From the NCBI RefSeq assembly GCF_009914755.1, contig NC_060937.1: DNA of 64,000 nt; one strand, written 5' to 3'. This document shows, piece after piece, positions 1 through 12,880 of this stretch. Position 1 is the first letter of the stretch, and each line of letters starts with the position of its first letter. Below the pieces are notes generated by a model. The model had not been told where the DNA came from. It did not search any database and worked only from the letters and a program-made list of their open reading frames with translations. Source of the stretch: the human T2T-CHM13v2.0 reference genome, Homo sapiens. The position numbers and the translations under genes were made by a program.

Positions 1-90
1 TCATACACTTACTTGCAGAACCCTGTTATTAGGATCTAAGAAGACTTCTTTCCTTAGTCTTTTTTTTTTTTTTAACTCAATCAATGAAAA

Positions 91-123
91 TGCAGCTATA
101 AGCTATAGCCACTAGAGGTCAGA
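91..123 (+). promoter_or_regulatory. Candidate CTCF site (core plus upstream TGCAG motif)
   Basis: GCCACTAGAGGTCAG at 108-122 matches the core CCASYAGRKGGCR with one mismatch; TGCAG at 91-95 lies 13 nt upstream of the core CC. Confidence 0.4.
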
Positions 124-680
124 CGGCTACACCTGTCACCAATCATTAAATTTGATGGGGCATTATAGTTCCCTGAATAACTTTTGGTGACTTAAAAAAT
201 ATAGAACAGAGTACACTCATTTACAACTATTATGGTAAAATAATAATATGTTTATTAATTAATTATTCTATTTCTAAAGGTCTTAGATTTTGCAATGGTA
301 CTACTTTTCTCTATTGGCTTTCATTTTATTTGGAAGGGGAAGGAAAACATTGCAATAATGGAATCTAGAAACCTTTGCAATTGATGGAATCTCATGATAC
401 GAAAAGACCGCTGTCTGGAGTAGAACACGGAAGCAATGTGTTCTGTAGTTTTACCAAACACATTTGGTAATGCAACTCTTACGAACCTTCCGATCTGAAT
501 CATTTTATTTATCTAATCTAATCTCTTGCCTTTTTTCTCCTGGTATATACAAATCTTATTGTACCTAGTTATAGCTTTACTTATTAAAGATTATTATAAT
601 GGGAGGTGTTACTCCTTGTCTTTCCAATGAGGTTTATTATGTGGCATATCACACATACTTTGTTAAAAAAACAACAAAAT

Positions 681-996
<316 letters not shown>

Positions 997-1144
997 TCAA
1001 CTATAACACAATCCACAAATAAGGAACTCAAATTTAGTTATAACAAAATTATGTTCACTTTCTCACCAACTTATTAATAAAATAACTGTTTTAAGTGTTT
1101 TTTTTTTCCATTTCAGGCTATATTTTACAAGACTCATTATAAAA

Positions 1145-1370
1145 ACAATACTAGTATGTTAGAGCACTTACTAAGTGCCAGGTTTGCACAAAGTGCTTTA
1201 CAAAAATCATCATGTAGCCTAAGAAAGTATAATTTTTATACTCTCTAATTCACAATGAGGAAGGAGGCTTTGTGGGATTAAGAAACCTGTTCTAATTAAG
1301 AGGCAAGTTAGGGTGGAGCTCTGATGCAAGCTCAAGTAATCCAATTCAGCTCCTGGCTCCAAACTATAGC
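1145..1370 (-). mobile_element. MIR SINE
   Basis: GAGCACTTACTAAGTGCCAGG...AAGTGCTTTACA...CACAATGAGGAA matches antisense MIR. Confidence 0.6.
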
Positions 1371-1811
1371 ACTTTAATAACATTTTTAAACTGTAAATGC
1401 TGTAAAAGAAGCAGGAAGTATTTCTATATCAGTACAATGAACCAAAAAGAAACTATGAGACACTTCATTTTTACTGATATTGCTTCTGACAAATATCCTA
1501 AAAATATAGTTAGCTCTCTAGTTAAAGAGAACCAGGAATGTTAATTTCCAGGTTTTCTGCTTATATGGTACAGAGTACTGTCCATACTTATCTTTGCTGT
1601 ATATCTACTGACAAGAGCAGCAAAATTTATGGCCCAGGTTCACTAGTACATTGGAAAATATTAGAAGCTAGTTATTTTGATGTTATTATACATAAATCCT
1701 CACATTTTAACAAATACTACCCAATTTGTACGAAGGGTCCAGAGTCATAAAATTATTTTTCAGTTGTTTTCTTTTTTAACAAAAATGAGCTAACCACAAA
1801 AATCTTGCTCT

Positions 1812-1979
1812 ATTATTTATTTAATAATCATTTATTGACAGGGTCTTGTCTGTCGCCCAGGCTGGGGTGCAGTGGCACCATTATAGCTCACTGTAGCCTC
1901 AAAATCCTGGGCTCAAGTGATCCTCCCCCTTCACCCTCCTGAGTAGCTGGGATTACAGGTGTGAGCCTCCATGCCTGGC
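1812..1979 (-). mobile_element. Alu monomer (FRAM/AluJ right arm)
   Basis: GACAGGGTCTTG...CCCAGGCTGGGGTGCAGTGGC...GGGATTACAGGTGTGAGC; single arm with a degenerate T-rich tail. Confidence 0.85.
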
Positions 1980-2545
1980 TTCAATCTATTTTAAAGGTTA
2001 AAGTTTTAGCATATAGTTTTCTCTCACTAGCAAGCTATGCTTTAGGACACTATTCTTCTATTAGGAAATAGTGCAGTTTCTTAAAATGCCTTTAAATTTT
2101 TTAGCTGTACTTATGCAGCAAACTCTATATAAAATACTGCATTAAACTCTATATATAATACTGCATAAAACTGTCTGTATAACAAGGAATACCCTATTCC
2201 CTAGTCTGAATCATTGTCTATAATAATCTTTCATCCCTCAAATCTCAATCAAATATGACCTCCTGATTTTCCAAAACATAGCGATGCCAACTTGTATTGT
2301 ATTTCTCTCATATGTTTTGTATCCTAGTTAGCCTGGTGTTGTAGTTTTTTGTGCCCCTGCCTCATACTCAAGTCTAGTGATGACCATAAACTATTCAAAG
2401 TAGAGTCTATGTACTTCCCATTCTTTGTGTTAAAAGCGGTACTTTAATGCAGATGTGTCATATTTCATCATAAGATTCTACATTCAAGAGGACAATGTTT
2501 CATAATTCTTTGGTGTACTGCAAGGCACAAGATAAAGAATATGCT

Positions 2546-2656
2546 TTCATTCATTTAGTCAAAAGTATGAACAGTGGGCCATGCTGCTTTATGTTTCAGG
2601 GATATGGCAGAGAATAAACAGACACAGTCCCTGCCTTCAGGAAGCCTACAATCTAA
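2546..2656 (-). mobile_element. L2 LINE 3' end fragment
   Basis: TTCATTCATT...ACAGACACAGTCCCTGCCTTCAGGAAGCCTACAATCTA, a typical antisense L2 3' end. Confidence 0.6.
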
Positions 2657-4532
2657 CCACATTCATATATCTATATCGACAGAGAGATTTGCTTATTACC
2701 TTCCCTATGTAACAAGTAGAAACAGTAAGAACAGCTTGGATTGTGTTGAGTAGTCAGTCAAACCTCTCATTTTTTTTCAAAGCCGTATTGAATCTGGAAT
2801 CTTTCATGACTTTTAGCAAAATTAGGGTCCATTTTGTCTTAAATACTAAATACAAACATTTAAGTCCTGTGGTTGTGTTAGATTCTAAAAGAAAATACAT
2901 AGAGCTGGGGGTGGGGTGTCATCTGTAGCAGCAGATGATGAATGAAGGGAACATAAGCAATGTGAAGGTAATAGACACTAATTAGAGGAAATCTTCTAAT
3001 CCAGACTAATGAACTAGGATATTTAGGGGACTCATTGAAAGACAAGAGGCAGGAAATAAAAAGGAAGCTATGTAGAAATGCAGGCATGAAGTGATAAAAT
3101 CTGGAAGAGTTTATAAAGGGTGCATTGGGCAGAATTTGAAGAGCAGCATACGAAAAAGGAAATGGATTTATAACCAGAAGTCCTGAGTTTGAGACACGTT
3201 TGTCCCAGATGTCATTACAAATGGTGGCTTCCTCTAACGTTCTTTCACTGAGGTTAACCTCTTTTTACTTTCCTTGTTGTCAATGCTATACTAAAGAGGA
3301 AGAATAAAATGAATTCATCATTCCACCTGGGCCTCTCCTAAGAGATTAGTGTTCCAGTTTTCCATTCTCTTCACAGTCAGTCTGAAAGTAGGTCTTAATC
3401 CAATGGTGATGATGGTAATGCTACCACTTATATAATGTGCCTGTGTGTCTGCCAGCCACGAGGAGGAACTTGAATAACATTTCTCCTGTTAATTCTGACA
3501 TACTCAGTGAAGTTGTTGTTAATATTCCCATTCTGCAGGGGGAGGAAAAAAAAAAAAACAAGGCCAAGGAGCCAGCTGTTATCTGTGAGACTCTGACAAC
3601 GTTCTTGGTTTGCTGCTGTGGCTTTCTTCTGGGCCTTCTTAAGAGAACTCTGAATATCTCAGGCAAATTAAAAACCCTTTTATGGGATGCAAGGTTGGGA
3701 AGCATCTGTTGTCTCCACAGATTTGGAGCTTTCTGCCTGAGCTTTCTGCCACGGAGCAACCTTTATGTTTATCAAGCTGTACGCTTATTGATTTGTTTGT
3801 TCTATGGATTTACAGAGAACCAAAACAATGTTCCCCGGCTCATCTGGTTAGTTGCAAACGGTACATTTGTGACAGCTTAGATCAGAGGGTGTTGTATTAT
3901 GGGGTTAGTTTATATATAAAAGGAAAAATTGCAAAGGTTTCTTCTTGGCTTTATCATTTACTTTTTATATCTTGGAACAATGCTCTTCATCTGTTTAGAC
4001 TTCAGCACCTTTCTTTGTTTACTGGGGATGATTAAACAAGCTAAGCCTACAAAGGATTTTTATGACAAAAACAACATATGCAAAAGCTCTTTGAAAAGTA
4101 CAAATCATACTCATCACAAATCTTGAAAGTGGCTGGGTTTGGGCCTCTTTTCTGATGGTTACAGCAGATAGATCAGTAACAGACACTAACTAAAGATAGA
4201 TAACTCTGGGTTAAAACAGAGTCATAGAAGCTTTGGGAATAATTGATCAACATATGTCTTTCAATGTTGTACAAATAAAGAAAGAACTTTCATTTCTAAG
4301 ACTTTCAATGTAATCTATCTCATCAGCAAACTGGTTTATGCTTACACATAGTATCGTTAAATTCCTGGTTACAATGATAAATCCTATGATGTGTATTTAT
4401 GTGCTAATTTGCTGGGGATAAGGTGGGTGGATATCCAAATTCAGAATAATATGTCCTATGAGAATGGCAGCTGTAATACATATGAATTACAGCTCTTTGT
4501 CATTAAAATAACCTGACAGCTTTCTCTTACAG

Positions 4533-4595
4533 CATGGTAACAGCAATACACTTAATATGAAGTTTGAGGATTTCAGGGCACCTAGAGTTATCAAG
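4533..4595 (+). other. Candidate 63-nt plus-strand exon (possible antisense/lncRNA or cryptic exon)
   Basis: Acceptor tttctcttacAG, donor AAG|GTAAGA, open frame HGNSNTLNMKFEDFRAPRVIK, downstream G-runs; no transcript evidence. Confidence 0.25.
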
Positions 4596-4984
4596 GTAAG
4601 AAATAATTTATGGAAAGATTATTGGGGAGTGTAGGGGTGAAGGGTGGGAAGGAGATTTTCTTAGAGTCAGAGAAATATTTCACATTTTCTTAAATATTGG
4701 TGCTTTTTAAACTGACTTCCTTCTACTCTTACCTTCAAATATCTTGAAATATACCTTCAAATATATCGAAATATCTGTGACATTTGTTTTGAGTAGTAAT
4801 GAATACATTATGCTCATGAATAAATGAGAATCAGAAACAGACAAAGAAGAACAATTGACATCTCTTGTTTAATTTCACTGAAGACCTCTTGTTCTTATAT
4901 CCTTGCCTTTTCCAAGTTCTTGCTGGCTATCAAATATAGGTCTCAAAGAAGCAGGTATGTGGACACATTAGCGCACAGAGCATC

Positions 4985-5145
4985 CACTGAATCCTCCTTT
5001 GAGGTGGTCATTGTTTATCTCCATTTCCCAACAAAAACACTGAGCCCAGAAGTTAAGTGGATTACTTTAATGACAGAGCAAGGAAAAGACAGAACCAGAA
5101 TGAAAACCTGTAAGTCTCAGTTTCAAGGGGTACTCTGTCATCGCC
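4985..5145 (-). mobile_element. MIR SINE
   Basis: ATCTCCATTTCCCAACAAAAACACTGAGCCCAGAAGTTAAGTG resembles the antisense MIR core. Confidence 0.55.
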
Positions 5146-8100
5146 TAGATCATGGATTCCTTGTTCTGTTGAAAGGGGGGACTCTCTTGTAATACAAAGA
5201 GATGATAAATAGAGATGGAAAAGTGGTATCACTGTTGGTTGTGTAGAAGAAAATAATATACTGGAGCTGCAGGAGATCTAAGCAGCTACAGGCTTAAAGA
5301 TTTTGTAGTAACAGTTGGAGTAAGAAAAAATAAAGTTCTATTGATCATAAATCTTGTTTTCATGTGGAAGATATGTGAGGACTGCTACAATTATTTTGAA
5401 ATTCCTGTGTTTCTCTTTTATTTGGTTTTAATCTGAGATAAACTAAAATCTATAGTCCAAGTTAACATTGCAGTAGTTAAAAGTTGGCAATCCCCAAACT
5501 AAATGTGCCACTGCATGTGACTCTGTGTATTTAGACTCAGCTTCATCAGTCACAAAATACTTTGTGATCTATAAGATCCTTTTTGATTCAAAAGCTATTT
5601 GATTCTATAAGCAAATAAAATTACATTGAAAATAATGTTATAAATATTTGTTAGTGGAATCTGCTATAGGAGAAAGAAGTAGATAAACCCCAGAAAATGT
5701 GGCACTCAGTCATTCATCTTTTTTTCTGAAACAAAGGGAACCGGAAGAATTCTAACTTCAGATAATATGATTACAGGCTAGTTCTAAGCTGTAAATTTGC
5801 CAGTTACTACAGGCCTTATTTAGTACCTTAGAGATGTCACGTACACCTTTTATCTTACACTGTAAGAATAAAATCACAAAGGATATCTATTCACATCAAT
5901 GTTCTACTCAAAAGAGGAAAAAAAATTCGGCTCACAGGTGACTGTCATGCAAGAGTACTCAGAGGTTCGAAAAGAACAAATAAGAAAGCACTTTGGGCTC
6001 TTCAGGAAAAAAAAAAAAAGTACTGCTATTTAATAAACTCAAGGATCTTTTCCCATTGAGATAATGTATAAAATGTGTTCACGGACAAAACATGGTATTC
6101 ATTTTTAACATACTTATGTTTTATACACATTTACTTTGTTGTAGCAAATATAATCTCTGAGTTATTTCGGGCTAGGGGTATAGAAAGTTTTGCGGGAGAA
6201 TAGGAAGCCTTTTGCCTGGCTTGTGTCAGAGGTTTATCAATTTACACAACCAGGGTAAGAACATTCTAAAGCAGACCCTATCATCACACATCCTCAGGCA
6301 AAACCATGTGCACCAAAGCATTACAGAAATAGCCTTCTGAAGTAGAATAGAGCACTAGGACAACAATGAAAAACATTGCAAACACCAGAAGCTTTCATGG
6401 TCTTTGACAAGTCATGGTATATAAAACAGTAACGACTTCAGAGCCATGGAGGTGCTAGGGGTTCATGTAAAAGCACCAACCATTTCTCTTTGTCTGCTCT
6501 TAGTTGAGCTTCCCTGTAAAGACTGAGTCTAGACCAAGAGGCAATATTAAAAACAAAAGGTTAGAGATCATCATGGGACATTAATTATGCAAAAGAAGGC
6601 AAAATGAATTTAATCAGAAGCAGCAGACTCAGTGCAGGAAGAATTTTCTCTTTTTGACAGAAGCAGTTAGGAAAACATTTATGGTAATACCACAGCATCT
6701 GCTGATTACAGTCAAAGCTGCAGGACACCAGCGTTAAATCACTGAGCCATCCTGACAGTTCCTGGGTACTCCAGTCACATCCAACAGCAATTTACAATGA
6801 AATTCATCCAAGTCTAAAAATCAGCCAACATGCCTCAACCAGAGCAAAATAACTTAGTTTGGACTTTTAAAAACAATTATAAGAGGGAATTATAGCTGAT
6901 AAAACTTTTGATGGAGTATAAGTATTTGTCTCCAACAAATACAGTTTTAAAGAAAACACACCCATTTTTAGATCTATTAATATGCTTTGTGATCAGTCAT
7001 ATTTTGGAATTTATAGGAAGAAAGGATTTTATGAGGCTAAGAATACAGGAAGTAGAGTTTTAACCCTTTTGATAAGACGTCAGGACAAAATCTGACATCT
7101 CCTCTTAGTGTCTTGAAATGATATATTGAAAAAACTCAGAGAATGTTAGGATAAATTTTAAACAATTATAACTTGGTTGCTAAGCAAATATGGATAAAAT
7201 AAAAAGTTCAGAGAGACAATGAACCACAATGTAGTGTAACATAAGGATGATTATTCGATGAACTGCCCATAGAAGTACAGGCAGGACAACCACATGCCAT
7301 TATTACCCACTGGGAATTGCTGAGATGGTAATTAAAATAATGAAATCCTATAGATATTAACAACTAAAACTTTAATACTTAGGTGTTTCAGAGGGCTTTC
7401 TTGTGGTCAAAAACATATTGGTGTCTAAATTTAAATCTTTGAATGACACAAGAACCCAGAGAACAAAAGATTGTATTGAAGCCTTCAGAGATTAGCATTC
7501 ACAAAAGTAAATGTCTCATATTTTATCCAAAATCAATACCAAAGATTTTCTTCCCCCAGTTGCTTTGGGAGTTCAGCTAAATATTATTCATAACATGAGA
7601 GATTAAAAGAAGAAGGAAACAAAAACTTTAAAATGGCTATTTTTGAAGGAAGCCATCGAAATTGTGGTCATAAGGGATGGCTCTATTGTTGTCTTTTTCT
7701 CAGCTTGATAAATTGTTTCAAAGTATGTTGGCCAAGCTAATCACTAGCACAATATTCACCTGCAATTTTAAAATCTGAATTTCTTTATTCTTTCCCCAAA
7801 CATATTAAAAATGTCTCTAGACTTCTATTTATAGATATGACCTATTGATGGTAAAAGTGCACCTGAATAATCAAAACCACTGACAAAAAAATAATAACTG
7901 AAAAGGTCAAAAAGTGGATCAATTGAACATTTCAACCTCACAAGTAAGTCCAAACATAAATGAATAATGAATCCATAAATGTTTATTGAGCACCTATATG
8001 CATAAGACACAGAGCTAGGAACCACCAAGAAGTTTAAGGTACTGTCATTGGTCTGAAAGGGACCAGGGACAAAAGAGGAGCTTATGTTGACTCATTTTTA

Positions 8101-9177
8101 GTGTCACTCAAGTGTCAAATGAATTGTGCACATAATAAATACAATAGAATTTTGGTGGAGTGAGGTCCACCTAGAGATAGTTTAAGTGAAATCATGCTTC
8201 ATAAGGGCAGGGTCTCATTTCAGTTTTGAGTAACAATAGGATTAGATACATCAGAAACAACTTGCAGGGAACTTTACGTAAAGGAAAAATCTATTAAAAA
8301 TGCTACCAAGTACCCATTTAGTGGATGGTTAGGATTCAAGACAGGCCACACTCATGCAGATGAATATATGAAGACAATGAAAAAAACTCACATAACATGG
8401 GTTAACTAATACTAACATTTTAGTATCAAATTATGTTGGAAATTTCACATAGAAGATGTTTATGTAATAGAGTTTCACCAAAAAGCAATCAACTACGTAG
8501 ACTGGGTTTCATCTTTATTATGTACTAGTCAATCCCCAGGCACAGAAAGAAAGCAATGATTGAGGGAGAGATAATTGTGAATCTCTTGTTATAGAAAGTT
8601 AAAGATTGCAAGAATTTAGCACCTTCTTTCTTCTGCTGCAAGAAAGTCTCCTGAAAGGCCACAAGATTTCTGAGGAAGCTTAAATACGGGGGAGAAAGTA
8701 AAGAAGGCCTGGACTACCTGGGGAGAGAGGCATTCTAATCAGTCAGAGAGAAGAATTTGAGCCTCAAGTATTCTGTTAGGAGTACGGCGGCCTCCTGCTG
8801 TCCACACCCTGTCTCCTTCTTCACCCACACAAGAGGAAGGAAGGAATGAGCTGGGAAAATGGGAAGTGCAGGTGGTATGATAAAACCGATGAAGGATTGA
8901 AAATGGATTGCACTAAAATAAAAAACAAACAGAGTCGTCATCAGCAAACAGATGGCTCCTAATAGAGAATAAAATTTGATTAGACAGTTTCCCAAGTATA
9001 TATCTGGTGCACCAGAATCAAGGAGAAATTTTTAGGCAAATCATGAAGGAAAACTTTCTTCTTCATGGAAGAAAGCAAAATTCTGAGTAAGAAACGAGAA
9101 GACTGCTATTCTGCAGGTTTGGATGGAGATATTATTTGACAGAAGTTGGTTTCCACGCTGATTTTGATGGCAGACGG

Positions 9178-9262
9178 TGGGGAACAAATTGGTTTTAGGG
9201 TGGAAAGATTTGGCAGATGTTGGGGGACAAGTTGGTTTTAGGGCGGACAGATTTGGCAGATT
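9178..9262. repeat. 43-bp tandem duplication (2 copies)
   Basis: TGGGGAACAAATTGGTTTTAGGGTGGAAAGATTTGGCAGAT followed by TGGGGGACAAGTTGGTTTTAGGGCGGACAGATTTGGCAGAT. Confidence 0.85.
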
Positions 9263-9285
9263 AAGAAAAAAAACTGTATTAAGCA

Positions 9286-9286
9286 G

Positions 9287-9309
<23 letters not shown>
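9286..9309. repeat. (GT)n microsatellite
   Basis: About 12 GT units. Confidence 0.95.
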
Positions 9310-9317
<8 letters not shown>

Positions 9318-10249
9318 TATGCAAGTGATGCTTTAAGTAAGCTGATCACAGAAAACTGAAGAAATTCAGACCATATAATTATGACCCTTCCAGGACATTT
9401 TTTTATGCTATGAAAGTTGCTACTCTATCCAAATAATGTTAAACACAGACATCCAGATTAAAAGAACTGGAAGGTCATCTAATTTGCACAATGTCACTTT
9501 ACCCAAGAGGAAACCAAGGCCCAGAGATATTAACTCATGTGTTTTCGACTTGCTCATGGTGAAGAAAGGATAACATGATGGTTACCTAGCTTCCAGGTGA
9601 TGGGGTTGGGCAACTGAAGTTGAAACATCAACTCTGCTCCTTTATTTTTCACTCCATTAAAAGTCCAAAATTCAGTCTAATTTCATTTGTCTGTGAGCAC
9701 TTTATGCCATGATACACTGCATTTTTATAGGGCTTTATGTGTTTCAATGCATTCTTATATACATTACTTTACCTTTTCTTCAGCATGAGCAGGCAAGAAT
9801 TACCAAGTTGGCTGGACAGATGCAGAAACTCAGGCATAGTAAAGTTAAACAATTTATAAAGCAAATTAGTGAAAGAGCTTGGCCTATGTTCAGCCATCCT
9901 GCTCTTGTCACTAGATCATATTACATTTGCTGGTTGGTATAATTTGCCCTAGACTGCATTTTCTATACAGAAGAGGAATTGTATTTACTTAATGTAATGA
10001 AAACATTGCACATTTGTAACAGTGTTGTTTTCTGCTATTTTTCATTACAACTGCATAGTGTTACAGCTACATTATGGGTTAAATAGACTCTTGAGGGCTA
10101 GCCTGGGAACCTAACCACCATTTATAACATTCTTTCTATGGGAAATTGCTTTGTGAATTCCAAAACAACTGATTTAAAAATTAACTTTGGGAATACACTG
10201 GTTTCAAAGTAGAAGATTGTTGGTCAGACATTTCATGTGATTGGTTGCT

Positions 10250-10660
10250 TAATTCATGCAATTGAAGCAAACAATAATGGATTGCCTACTATGCATCTAC
10301 CAGCCATTGTGCTGAGGCCAGGGATGCAAGGATGAACAAGATCTTAGGCCTTGAGGCACTCATATCTATCAGAGAGAAACAAATTATTAAAACAAATAAA
10401 TTATAAATAAGTGCTAAAATAGAGCTATGGGAAAAAATACTGCAGAAGCAAAGAGGACAGAGGAACTAGACCTCCAGGGGATTTACTATGAAAGTAACAT
10501 TTGTGTTGGGTCTTGACATGTAAGTAGGAGTCTGTCAAATAAAGAAGAATAGTAGGGCATTGCGGGTAGAAAAAGAAGCAAATACAAAATGCTGGGAGGT
10601 AAAAGGGTCTGGTGTTTAGGGAGAATGATGGCAGCAACACACAGGAAGGCAGGATGGCTG
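10250..10660 (-). mobile_element. L2 LINE fragment
   Basis: GCCTACTATGCA...CCATTGTGCTGAGGCCAGGGATGCAAGGATGAACAAGA, antisense L2 3' region. Confidence 0.65.
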
Positions 10661-11636
10661 TTAATTATCAGTTGCTTTTTAGTCATTAAAAATTTAAGTA
10701 ATTTCTTATCTTATCTTTTTGGATTTTCCAAAGGAAAGGGGATGACTAGATTGAGAAAATTACACAGACCCTTGCCCTGCATGAGAGAGAAGAATTTCTG
10801 CTTACTCATATCATTAGTCTTGTTTTTTATCCCCATGGGTCATACTGTCAACCTTGAGCAATGTTTTGCTGAACTATGAGATCAGATCAAAGATTATAAA
10901 AGCTTACTTACTGATATCTAGGTGTTTAGGAAATATGGTAAAAGACCAGTAGTTAAAATAAAACCTGGCACATTTGAACCATTTCCATATGCTTGCTTCT
11001 GTTAAATTAATATGCTTTATATCAGCAAAATTATAATCTTTTTGACCACAAGAAAAGGTCTCACTGTGAACATATGATGATTAAGGAATATTCAGAATAA
11101 AACTCAACCTGAAATTTCAGTCTGTATATAGATCAATTTTAGTTAAAGCATGTAGAACGAATAAAATAAGCAAAAGACAGGAAGCAAAGCTAGAGAAAGG
11201 GAAAGAAGTAAACAAGGAGGAAAGAATGTTTTAGCTCAAGTGCATTTAAAATGTGTGAGAAACTTTTTTATATTCAAGTACATAATCCATTTGCAGAGGG
11301 CTGACTGAGGGTGTTTGTGACTATGTAAACTGTATTTCTTTCATGTATAACATAAACAAAAGGATACAGTCCACTGATCCTTTGTAAACATTAGTTAAAA
11401 ATAATCCTGACTCTTCAGTGTGAAGCTTATGCAATGTTCATGTTAGGACTCAAATACTTCATTCAGCCTAAGACAAGTCAAAAAGGATTTTAAAAAGCTA
11501 AGTATAGAATTTAGAATGTAGAATACCCCATGTATAGTTCACAGTATTCTCTGTTCTATGGTTTTGATAAAAATACTAGAATAAAACTTATTTTTTTAAT
11601 TACTTGGTACAGATTACTCATAGCTTTGAGAAATTC

Positions 11637-11662
11637 TTTTTTTTTTTTTTTTTTTTTTTTTT
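11637..11662. repeat. Poly(T)26 tract
   Basis: Uninterrupted T run. Confidence 0.95.
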
Positions 11663-12399
11663 AGAAAAGAATACAAACTTTTACTCTTGATAGCTTAGCT
11701 ATTTTTCTGAGTACCTGAGAATATATCTATGAAATCTGATGAGGCAAAAGGAAGGTTGAGGTTTAACATTTGAGGGCTAATAAGAGGTATGAATGGTAAA
11801 TAAATAATTATGAATTTTGAGCCAAAGAGGTCATTTAAATCATTTCTAGTTGTATCCCTTTTTTCAGACCTTTTACATCCCCCTACTTCCCTGACTGACA
11901 CCCCCAACCCCCCCATCCCCCGACACCAAATAAGGTCTATATTATTGGCTGTGTCTGGAATTCTTGGTAAGGCTCACAACTATAATCCATCTTCTGGACA
12001 CTAAAGAATGCTGAAGCCCAGCCTTACTCCATTCTCCTGTTTGAAGGTGACAATGTTATAGTCATAGAACCTTAGGTTTCCTTTTAATGACAAGGAAACA
12101 GGCCCAGAATGGTCAAAAGATATGCCTCAAATGACACAGTGAAATAGTCAGGGTACACTCTTTTGCCATGCAGAAATCGACCCACCACCACCACCTCCAT
12201 CAACCATAACCTACTCTATTAGGCCTCTGAAAATTCAGCCTGGTGCTCCTCCTTTATTACACCAAACAGCCGCTCCTTGTTTCATGTTTTCCAGGCTGTG
12301 TATTGCTCCCTGGGAGTTATTTTGGGTCTAATTTACCTGTCAAAAGTGTGAAATACTGATTATAATAAAATCTTTCTTCTGACTCCAACTCTTTCTTTA

Positions 12400-12880
12400 A
12401 TCACAGAGCTTACATTCTATTGGCAAAGGCAGGCATTAAACAAATAATCAAACAAATATGTAATTATAACTTGTAAGTACAATGAAGGAAAAGTAAAGGG
12501 TACAATTATGAATGTAACAAGGGACCTGATTTAAGTTTTAGAGGGAAGGCAGTCACAGGAAAATTACTATGAGAAAATTATATTTCAGAACAGAACAAGA
12601 AAGAGTTAGCAAGACAGGTTTAGTGGAAGAACGGCATTCCAGGTAGAGGGAACAGCGTGAAGGCCTCCGGTGGAAGGCGCTTATGACTGGAAAGTAGTGA
12701 CCAAAGAGAAGAGTGACTGGACTGAGACGGAAGAGGTAGCCTGGGCCTGTGGGTGAGGGTGTTCTGGGACATTGTATGAACTGAGATTTTATTATTTTAT
12801 TATTTTATTCAAAGAACTACAGGAAGCCACTAAAAGATGTTAGGTAGGAGTATGGGCTGGCCAGATGTCCTTTTATAAGC
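12400..12880 (-). mobile_element. L2 LINE fragment
   Basis: CACAGAGCTTACATTCTA...GCATTCCAGGTAGAGGGAACAGC...GGAAGCCACTAAAAG, hallmark antisense L2 motifs. Confidence 0.75.

Noticed and set aside
13-35. Minus-strand GTAAGT donor with a possible 23-nt exon
   Set aside because: The upstream acceptor region is purine-rich, so support is too weak.
3421-4126. Overlapping 112-147 aa ORFs
   Set aside because: No recognisable domain; they cross a poly-A run and a MIR-like fragment, and are consistent with chance ORFs.
4730-4773. 22-bp tandem duplication
   Set aside because: It has only two diverged copies, is an ordinary slippage product, and is not CRISPR-like.
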